Shown piece after piece: positions 54,137 to 64,000 of a DNA stretch of 64,000 nt (position 1 is its first letter; each line of letters opens with the position of its first letter). The notes beneath the pieces are model-generated. The model made no database searches and was not told where the DNA came from. It saw only the letters and a list, made by a program, of their open reading frames with translations. The stretch comes from Eledone cirrhosa (Eukaryota), in contig OZ024743.1 of NCBI GenBank assembly GCA_964016885.1, positions 15,438,001-15,502,000 on the forward strand, in the 5' to 3' direction. The position numbers were made by a program, and so were the translations under genes.

Positions 54137-57100
54137 GCCACACAAAACCACGTGGAGTGACGAAACTACCGGAGACGAGTAATTCACCGGTGGTTATGTA
54201 ACCATACATTCGCCAATCCTCGATAAGAGTGTTTAAATGTCGAATCTAAACAGTTCGAATAACGGTGAAATGGAGACTAGAATGTCATGTGACAGACTCT
54301 CACCCAACAGGTGCTCCCTGGCTCAGCAGCAGGGACCTGGCTGTCAACCAAATACTGCTGGTATCGGAGGAAGAAGAAGAAGGAAAGGGACCAGAACCAA
54401 CTGGACGAAAGAATTGAATAGAACTGTTATACAATGTTACCTGAAGAGTAACCCCAAGGAGAAAGGCTATAGGAAAAGAATGCATAACATCTGGAACGAT
54501 ATTGGTCCATTTAAATTAGATGAACAAAAACTGGCCGGGCAGGCTCGGGTAATAAGAACTAATGGGGGGATAAGTGAGCTGGAACTGGAGGAACTGAGCA
54601 GAGAGATTAGGTTGGAGATGGAGAGTGGAGTATGCCAGGCAAACGAGCCAGTGGGAAATGAAGGCGAAGAGGTCGAGAGAACGGAGGAACCACCCGAAGC
54701 AGACAATGATCTGAATGCTGAGATAAATAATACCTGGAACAGAGATACGGCCACTGAGGAGATGAATGCTGACGGGCTAGGACAAGATTTGGTTGATATC
54801 CTAAACTTAGTGGTAGATGAATTGAACAATGATAGTGGGAGACCTATGAACCTAAGATTTGTAGACAGGAAAAAGTTAAAAGAAACAACAGCTAAGGTAA
54901 AGAAAGTCATCCCATACCTTGAGGCGAGGAGCCTTCACCAGTGCAACAATATCCTCAAAGCAACAGCAAATACGGTGAGGAAACTACTTGGTATAAAAGC
55001 GAGAGCAAACAGCATAAACAAGAAAGAGCAGAGCCTTGGTGGAAGAAACTACTGAGTGGTCAAATCAGGGAAATGAGAAATGACATTGGAAAGCTTGAGT
55101 CCCTACTGAATGGGACACTAAAAAACATAGACACTAAAAATAGACTGGAAATAAAGTACAAAACTAGGAGGAAAAAGCTAAATATTATCATAGAGGAACT
55201 GAAGCAACGCATTGTAGCAAAGAGTACAAAAATCAGGCGATACGAGAACAGAGTCAGTCAGTATAGACAGAACCGCATGTTCGACAACAACCAGAAGATG
55301 CTGTTTGGACAGCTTGAAGGGAACGAAAGAGGCAACGACTTGATCACTGAGGCGGAACAAACTAAAACATTCTGGAGAGGAATATGGGAGCAGGATGTTA
55401 AACATAATGACCAGGCAGTGTGGATTGAGACAGTACAGAAGGAGATCAGTGAACAGGCACACCAACAAACTGATTTGAGTATCACAGTTGAAACTCTTAA
55501 GGGGCAGGCCAAAAAACTAACCAACTGGAAGTCACCTGGCCCAGATGGTGTGCAGGAGTATTGGATTTAAAACATAACATCCCTCCACCCGAAACTGACA
55601 ACCATGTTCAATGACTGCTTGATGTCAGGTGAGGTACCAGAGTGGTTGACAAAAGGTACCACAGTTCTGATAATGAAAGACCGAATCAAGGGTAATGATG
55701 TTACCAATTATAGACCTATCACATGTCTGTCCGTAATGTGGAAACTGTTGACAAGCATTGTGTCTGAGGAAATCTACCATCACCTCCACACAAACAACTT
55801 GTTACCGGACGAACAGAAAGGATGCCGAAAGAAGTCACGTGGTACAAAGGACCAGTTACTTATTGATAAGATGGTAATGAGGAATTGCAAGAGGAGACAC
55901 ACTGGTCTTGCCATGGGATGGATAGACTACAAAAAGGTATTTGACATGGTGCCTCATTCTTGGATCACCAAAAGCCTGGAGATCTTCAAGGTGGCTGATA
56001 ACATCAGACAGTTGTTGGGCAAAAGTATAAAGTCCTGGGAAACAGAGTTAACATCAACTGGAGAATCCTTGGGAAGCGTGAAGATCAAGAGAGGTATCTT
56101 CCAGGGAGATAGTCTGTCCCCTCTGTTGTTTGTCCTTGCCCTGATGCCCCTGACCAGTGTACTGGGAAAAGTGAGAGCAGGATACAGGTTGGGAATGGGA
56201 GGGCTTACCATCAATCACCTCCTCTTCATGGACGATCTTAAGCTCTTCGGGAAGAGTGAGAAGGAGTTGGATGTGCTTGTTGACACTGCCCGTATTTTCA
56301 GCAATGATATATGTATGCAATTTGGTATTAGTAAGTGTGGAATCATTGTGATGAGGAGGGGTAAGTTGAGCAGAAGTAACGGAATCCAGATACCAAAAGG
56401 TGAGATGATAAAGGAAATTGACTCTGAGGAAGGATACAAGTATTTGAGCGTTCTGGAGGCTGATGACATCAAGAACAAAAAAATGAAGGAATTGATAAGA
56501 ACTGAATACATTACGAGAGTAAGGAGCGTATTAAAGTCACATCTGAACAGTAGGAATGTCATAAGTGCAGTAAATTCCCGGGCTGTGTCTATTATTAGGT
56601 ACAGTGCGGGAATTCTGAGATGGAATGTTGCTGAACAAAAAGAAATGGATAGGAAGACAAGGAAGCTATTGACTATCTACAATATGTTCCACAAGAGGAG
56701 TGATGTCGATAGACTCTACTTAAGGAGATATGAAGGTGGAAGAGGTCTTATCAGCATAGAGGACTGTGTTCAGATGGAGAAAAACAACCTACACAAATAC
56801 GTGACTGATAGTAAGGAGCCAATGCTCAGAACTGTACTGAAGGAGGGGACAATAGGCCAGGGGATGTCCAAGGAGGAAATAACATCAAGGAGAAAGAGCA
56901 GCCTTCTGGAAAAATCCCTTCATAGTACCTTCTTTGAGAAAACTGAATTTAGAGATCCACAGACATGGAACTGGTTGAAAAGAGAAGGACATAAAAAGGG
57001 TACAGAAGGAATGTTAATGGCTGCGCAGGAGCAGGCCCTCAAAACGAAGTGGTTGAAACACCACATTTACACGGAGGAGGCTAGCCCACTGTGCAGGATC

Positions 57101-57740
57101 TGTGGAGAGAGAGAGGAGACTGTTGCTCACATTGTATCCGAGTGTAAACACCTAGCCCAGACTCACTATAAGGGCTGGAGACATGATGTGATGGGCAGGG
57201 TGATCCACTGCCACCTATGCAAAGTAAACAATTTACCACATTCTGAGAAGTGGTATGAGCATAAGCCAGAGGTGGTGATAGAAAACGATCAGGTGAAGGT
57301 GCTGTGGGATTTTAGGATACAGACGGACAAGAAACTGGAACACAATAGACCTGACCTGGTGGTTTTGGACAAAGAAAAAAGATCGTGCCTGATTGTAGAT
57401 GTGGCCTGCCCATTCGACACGAGAGTGCAAGAGAAGGAGAGGGAGAAAATTAACCGATACCAGGACTTAAAGTGGGAGGTAAAAAGGATTTGGAACTGCC
57501 ATGAAGTCAAAGTGATCCCGATTGTCATAGGCGCACTAGGGACTATCTCAAAAAGTTTCCAGGGATGGTTAAATAAAATTGGCCCCGCCACGATTTTTGG
57601 AACGCTTCAAAAGGCATGCTTGCTGGAAACAGCAAGAACCTTCCGATACGTCCTGAATATCTGATGCTGCAGGTAGTGGCTTGATATTCATTTCAACAAA
57701 CTTTCCAGTTAACTAACATCAATGACTGAGATTCAAAGAG
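54137..57740 (+). mobile_element. R4/Dong family B, apparently full length (~3.6 kb)
   Basis: Starts after TAATAAT; ORF 54237-57664 with one frameshift (~55030) and one stop (55568). N-terminal WTKELNRTVIQCY...YRKRMHNIW domain, YRPITCL, GIFQGDSLS, FMDD, CRIC...ETVAHI..C, RHD, RPDL...DVACP..EKINRY; (AAT)n tail. Confidence 0.92.
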
Positions 57741-57768
57741 TAATAACAATAATAATAATAATAATAGT

Positions 57769-58046
57769 AATTGTTTCTACTGTTGGCACAAGGCCAGCAA
57801 TTATATCAGTGTATTACTGGTTTCTACAATAGACACAAGGCCAGAAATTATCCCAGTGTATTACTCGTACGTTATTTTATCGACCACATTAGGATGAAAT
57901 GCAAAGTTAACCTCGACGGGATTTGAACTCAGAATATTAATACTAATAATTGTTTCTACTTTAGGCACAAGGCCAGCAATTACCAGTGCATTACTGGTAC
58001 TTTATTTTATCGACCCCGTAAGGATGAAAGGCAAAGTCAACCTCAA
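57769..58046 (-). mobile_element. Three stacked SINE family 1 3' fragments in the Dong B tail
   Basis: Three TTTCTAC...CACAAGGCCAG units starting at ~57770, 57820 and 57950. Confidence 0.85.
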
Positions 58047-58064
58047 TACTAATAACAATAATAA

Positions 58065-58496
58065 TTTAGGATACAGACGGACAAGAAATTAGAACACAAC
58101 AGACCTGACCTAGTGGTTTTTAACAAGGAAAAAAAATCGTGCATGATTGTAGATGGAACCTGACCCTTTGACACGAGAGTTCAAGAGAAGGAGAGGGAGA
58201 AAATTAACCGATACTAGGATTTAAAATGTGACTTAAAAAGGATTTGGAACTGCCATGAGATCAAGGTCGTCCCGATTGTCATAGGAACTCTAAGTAATAT
58301 CTCAAGGATGTTTCAAGGATGGTTAAAGAAGATTAGTCCAGCCCCGTTTTTTTGGAACACTTAAAAAGGCATGGTTGCTGGGAACATCAAGAACCCTCCG
58401 ATACGTCCTAAATATCTGAGGCTGCAGGTAGCGGCTTGATAATCATTTCAACAAACTTTCCAGTTAAATAACATCAATGACTGAGACACAAAGAAC
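58065..58496 (+). mobile_element. R4/Dong family B 3' fragment
   Basis: Diverged copy of 57311-57740 (TTTAGGATACAGACGGACAAG...ACATCAATGACTGAGA). Confidence 0.88.
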
Positions 58497-58502
58497 AATA
58501 AT

Positions 58503-61500
58503 GGTTTCTTTATTGGCCACAAGGGCTAACTCGAAGAAAAACATTAGAGACAGCACAGAACAGTACAGGACGATACAAAGTGGGTTTTGGTCGTGTAAAC
58601 AGGTTATAACAAAATTGGTCTAGAATTCAAAATAATTCAAATAACAAAAATTGCCCAAAAAGGTGGAAACCTCCGAGGGTCACTCGTGGCGAAAACCACA
58701 CAAAAAGGCCACGGCTGCCCTGACGACCAGGGCTAGAACCCTCTCTCAGTTTTCCCACTCCTCAGTCTACAAGCACATACTCAGAGCGAGGCTGTTCACT
58801 CGGACCAGACTCGCCACTTTCACCCACCTTTCAACAAACTTACTAGAAGACAGCACTTGCCTCTCCACCCTGACTTTCCTCTTCAAGTGAAACTTGAAAA
58901 AATTAATCAGGGATTGGCCGCAGAGGAAAATGTCCGTCTTCAACCCTTTCAGCCTTGTGCACCACACAATCTCTTTTGCCATGGCCACCTGGCAGATGAA
59001 AACTGTCTGCCCTTCCTCCTCTTTAGAGGGACTACCTGCACAACTGACTTAGTCGATAACTGGATCCGTCCTACACACGACAGCAGCTGTTCGACATAGC
59101 TCCACAAGTCAGCAATCCTCGGGCACTGAATGAGTGCGTGCACAACGGTTTCGTCACCCTGCACGCATCTCGAACAGGCTCGGCTGACAGCACCTCCTTG
59201 CCTGTAGAGCTTATCCCGAACCGGCAACGCTCCCCGGTAGCACTGCCAGGCCAGGGATTTCTGGAAGTTGTCCATAGGCCCCGGTCTGAAAGTTCTCTTG
59301 AAGAGAGCGAACAGCTGATCGTCTTCGACGCCCAGGGTCTCTCCGAGAACGTCGTCCCACTTTCCATCCACTAGCCCTCTATAGAACGCAAAGGTGGATG
59401 TTTCACCGATACTAGTGCCCAACTGGTAGAGCGCTTGGAGACATGCAAGCTTCCAAGCGCTGTCCCTCGGTATTTTCCTGATCATGGACTGCAGCTCCGT
59501 CAAGGAGACGAGCCGGGGAAAAGCGGGTCTGGCAAACGGCGACCACACTTGTTCACCGTCAAGGAAGCACCAGAGATGTCGCAGCCTGAGCGCATGTTTG
59601 CGCATCATGAGCCACGGCAAGCCTAGTCCTCCACGCAACGGGTGTTGACAGCAAATGGATCGTCTGACCATGGGAGCACGTCCCTTCCACAAAAAGCGGA
59701 AGAGAAGGCGCTCCATTTTGGTCAAAGTTGGGCAGCGCACGGTACGACGGTCAGGCGGTAGCAGATGACGGACGCTATGTACGCATTCGCCACCTCCTCC
59801 CGAACTTTCAGAGACAGCCTCTCTTCGGCCCATTTCTGGGTGATAGAGGCTACCCTGCTCGTCTCCTTGCTCCAGTTTTTCTCCATCTGTCGGTCCGGAG
59901 TGAACCAGACCCTGAGCAATTTAACCGGTCCTTCCGTCCAGTGACTCACGACGCTGTCGGATGGCATTTCAGGTGCCGAGTTGCAAGCCCACCAACTTTT
60001 CCTGGTTTATCTTTGCTCCTGTCACCGCTTCGTATTCCTTGAGAGCGGTACCGAGCATCTGGACATGTTTGGTGCTCGACACCACCACGCTTAGGTCGTC
60101 GGTGTATGTTGACACGGATCTCCCGCAACCCAGTTCGCGTAGGACCTCCCTCATCGTCTCCAATTTGTGCAGTAACGGCTCGATGGCTAGTACGTACAAC
60201 AGGGACGAGAGGGGAACACCTGGCGGACCGAGCGCATGAGGCTGAAAGGCTGCGACAGGTGACCATCCACCCTCACAATCGAGCAGATGTCGCTGTGCAT
60301 CGCAGCGATCCAGCCCATTAATACGGACCCGAAGCTGGCCGCCTCGATGACCGCAGCCAGGTGCCGATGGTTAACCATATCAAATGCTTTAGATTGATCC
60401 AATTTGATCAGGCCCCACCTCTGCCAGGTTCCTTATCCACTCTCTCTATGATGTATCGCATGAGATGGAGGTTGTCATAGATGGATCTGTCCGGAATTGC
60501 GCATATCTGCGCCTCTCCCACGAGATCACCGACGACAAGCGCCAATCTCTTTGCTAACAACTTGGCCAAAATCTTAAACTCTGTGATTAGCAGAGTTATG
60601 GGCCTGAAGTGGTCTATAACGTGCCCCTTGTCCGGATATTTTCTCAGCAGCGCCACCGCTCCCCGGCTCATAAAACTGGGAATGCTCCCGTTCTGCTGCC
60701 AATTGCAGTAGACATCTGCCAAAAGGTCGCCGAACAAGTGTGGCATATATGCATAAAGCTCGTAGAGCAGACCAGCCAAACCTGGCGATTTACCCCTCGT
60801 ACAGTCAGACAACGCTTCCCGTATTTCACCTGATCATCGGCTTTTCGCAACACTGCCCTCCGGTCGTCGAGGGCCGCGGCAGTCCATCGAGGTATGCACC
60901 GAAGTCCATACTCCGACCCGGCCTGCCGCCGCTCCCAAACAATTGAGCAAAGTGCTGTTGAAAAGCCGCACACATCTGCTCGTGTTCGAGCAACATGTGC
61001 CCGTTTTGATCAGGCAAAGACCGAATTGTGGCGTGTTGCCACATCGCCCCTCCACCACCCGGGCCCATTGAATGGCTTTCGTCCCCTCGTGTCTTAGAGC
61101 ACACGCTCTAGATCTCACAACGCGGCCTTCATGCATTGCGTTGAAGAATTGGTTGAGTGCCAATCTCGCCGCATGCACGTCGGTTGCGATGCCTGTCCTA
61201 AACGCCTCTTCTAGCTATCTAACTAACTCTCCCTCTACTCTATTTTCCTCTATCACTACTCCTTTGCTAAACCTTATCGATTCTACACTAATAACCCTTT
61301 TCAGGCTAAACCACCACCTGTTGTTGACGATCGCACCCGTCAACGGACGCTTAACTAATTTGCTAATCCGGTCTTTGTAAGCTTTGCGCGCCGAGAACGA
61401 CTCGTTCAGCTTCCAGTAGCCGGACCTTTGCCTATGGAGTCCATCTAAGTCAACTTCACAGATCACAAATTTGTGGTCCGTGTAGTCGACTACTTTAAAT

Positions 61501-62358
61501 TGTGGACAGCCTACACTAGCCTTATCTGTTTCCCTACAGAATACCCTATCTAAATACTATCTGGATGACCCTTTAACAGTATTAGTTATAGAGTAGTCGC
61601 CACTTTAGCAGGGTGGTAGAATCAGTGGTCGTTACTTTAACAGGGTAGATGATTGAAGGTCGTTAGTTGCCAGTGTGGTAAGTGATAGTATCCTCGTTGG
61701 ATTATCTTGTTGACATAGACGTGAGGGAAGGTCCCTCGATCTATTTACCATCTATTTACAATATTCCTTTCATCAGGTCGCCCATTCCAGCAGCATGGAT
61801 TATAGATGTTATTGAGACACGAGTAACATAACAATGATTTCAACAGCAGTAATTAGAGATGAAATGTATGTTTATTTATATGGTTGAAGTTACAGATAAA
61901 AAGAGGTTACAAAAGGGAATGTGCCATTTCGCCGTTAAGCCGGCGAGGCTCGGGGTGCAATATCTCACTGTTACATTATGCGTGTTGCTGGCTCGAAGTT
62001 TCTGGTACAAGAGAGAGATTCTTCAAATCTTCGCGGGGAATTTCTTCCTCAGGGCGCGTAGAGATACATCCTCTTCTACTGGCGCTGATTGTCTGAACTG
62101 AGCCAAATCACGCACAGAGAATGTATGTGAGCCCGCGGAATGTAGGTCACTACAACCCGATGCGGTTTGCCCATGTCCACATTGGCACATTCGGATAATC
62201 CAGTCTATACATGTCAGACAGTTCAAAACGTCTGAGCAAGTTGTTGGGGCTTTTACAACCTCCTGCCCTCTCTACTAGCCCCACATAATCACATCGTACA
62301 TCTAAGATAACGTTCCAGTCGCTCACTAACACTAAAGAGCGGGACGTTCCAAGAAAGG
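58503..62358 (-). mobile_element. Tx1 copy 4 (distinct subfamily), 5'-truncated within the APE domain, interrupted by a solo LTR
   Basis: FLGTSRSLVLVSDWN, GYWKLN, RPITLL, DQSKAFD, YTDD, CSRCVQGDETVVHALIQC; 3' end GCCCTTGTGGCCAATAAAGAAACC(ATT)n. Confidence 0.88.
61572..62154 (-). mobile_element. Gypsy-like solo LTR (583 bp) with 4-bp TSD
   Basis: Interrupts collinear Tx1 APE sequence; TSD ACCC at 61568-61571 and 62155-62158; minus strand begins TGTAGTGACC, contains AATAAA (~61870) and ends CTGTTAAA (degenerate ...TTACA). Confidence 0.7.
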
Positions 62359-62384
62359 ATACGTCTGACTGATATTCAAAGAAC

Positions 62385-62415
<31 letters not shown>

Positions 62416-62984
62416 CTTTTCTGAATATGTAGCTGCCATACACTTTTTATCTATCGCACCTTCAATATATACTGTATCTCCTACAACCTGCAGTAAACAT
62501 CACATAATTCATCGCATATGCCAATCCGCTTTAATTGACGAGTCATTTTTATTTACCTGAAAACATTGGCTTATAACGGCTCGGGCAAAACATGAATTCT
62601 TTGAACTCTCGACAGTTTGGGTGACCTAGAAAAGGATATTTGAGACGACCCATATTCCATGAGAATAACTTGAAATGAAAGAAATAATGAGTAGTAGAAA
62701 TGTAGAGTGATATGCAGGGAGTAAGCTAGACATACAATACAGGAAATAGAAATAAAAACGGACAGGTAGATAAATAGTATTAATAAAAATGAAAACGTAT
62801 GTATTTCTTTACCAATACTGTAGTCAGTATAACCATTGTTAATATTTGTTCTTATGAATAAATCTTTTAAACATATTCCAAGTGTCATTTATTGCTGATT
62901 TTCAAAAATCTCATAGATCTCCCTCTATTCTTCCTGACTTTCTTTCCTTTGTAAGCATACGCACATAAAAATTGACATAGATAT

Positions 62985-63082
62985 AATTATATGCATATAC
63001 ACACACACACACACATAGAACTTACAATAATATGTATATGTATATATATATATATATATATGCATATATATATATATATATA

Positions 63083-63142
<60 letters not shown>

Positions 63143-63194
63143 TATATATTTATATATATGTATATATGTGTACACACGCACCCCCCCCCCCCCC

Positions 63195-63225
<31 letters not shown>

Positions 63226-63360
63226 CTTCTCTCTCTCTTTCGTCTGCGACTTCACAAAACTTATGTTTACCGAATTCGTAGACCAGACCCCTTCTTCTTC
63301 TTCTTCTTCTTCTTCTTCTTCTTCTTCTTCTTCTTCTTCTTCTCCCCCCCCCCCCCCGTT
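62985..63360. repeat. Compound (CA)n/(TA)n/poly-C/(TTC)n low-complexity block
   Basis: Direct reading. Confidence 0.9.
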
Positions 63361-64000
63361 AGACTTGTGCGAAATTCCTTCCTTTCTCACATTTTAACCA
63401 GGTTTGATGGTCTTTTGTCTCTTGTTCACGATTTCACCGAGTTTATATTCATAGAGATCTGGGACTTGTCTATTTCTTCTCACTTTCCGTTGCTTAAACC
63501 ATTTTGTCTGTTACCCTAACGTCCTCTTTATTTACGTGTCCCAACGACTTTTTTTAGCCGTTGTTCGCACCAACCTGAGGCATATGGCCCTTAAAGCGAT
63601 GAAATGCCTGGGACGGTTGGAGGGTCACTGATGAAGGACTCACTTTTTCATATGCACCACCATTTGCAACGCGCAGCCATTATTATAATATATATATATA
63701 TATATGCAAAAGTTTTATTTAAGATTGTTGGGTTACAACGAGTAAATATTTTATAACAACAGTTTCTGGAGTAGATTTACGATATTAAACAAATGGAAAC
63801 TATATTTATAAAACCATATTTATTTCGTTATATATATTTCTGGGATATCATATTAAAAATATGGTATGCCTTCCTCAGACAAAATACAATACATAAGCTG
63901 TTTTATAAATAATTAGTGACATACCTTGTAATAATGCAACTTCCATTTAAAAAGTTGATTTGGTATATATATGCATATATGCGTACACACAATATCTGTC

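Noticed and set aside
54137-54236. Possible HDV-like ribozyme in the Dong B 5' leader
   Set aside because: Hairpins are present (e.g. TGGTTATGTAACCA) but I could not build the nested double pseudoknot by eye; needs an RNArobo or Infernal search.
42250-57591. Antisense ORFs overlapping Dong and Tx1 coding regions
   Set aside because: Shadow ORFs of the retrotransposon reading frames with no independent motifs.

Overview
AT-rich, microsatellite-rich eukaryotic DNA that is intronic or intergenic; no intact host gene is recognisable. The dominant tRNA-derived SINE and the repeat landscape resemble octopod cephalopod genomes, which is an inference from recalled repeat sequences. Most recognisable content is transposon-derived: Vingi-like and RTE LINE relics, a mariner relic, a ~4.2 kb hAT (Tip100/ZMYM1-like transposase) nested in an RTE, hammerhead-bearing Penelope-like terminal repeats, a ~600 bp near-perfect palindrome and a Gypsy-like solo LTR. 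From ~32.4 to 62.4 kb there is a dense pile-up of retroelements joined at (AAT)n tracts. R4/Dong (REL endonuclease) LINEs are always on +, while Tx1 (APE) LINEs and nearly all SINE copies in the cluster are on -. The most notable signal is that the SINE and the Tx1 LINEs share a 3'-terminal stem-loop (loop CUUGU, covarying stems) plus an AGAAAC-ATT tail, and SINE target-site duplications begin with (TT)ATTA. This suggests a microsatellite-targeted Tx1 LINE/SINE partnership that uses the opposite strand of the same repeat targeted by Dong elements. All calls were made by eye without database searches, and boundaries are approximate.
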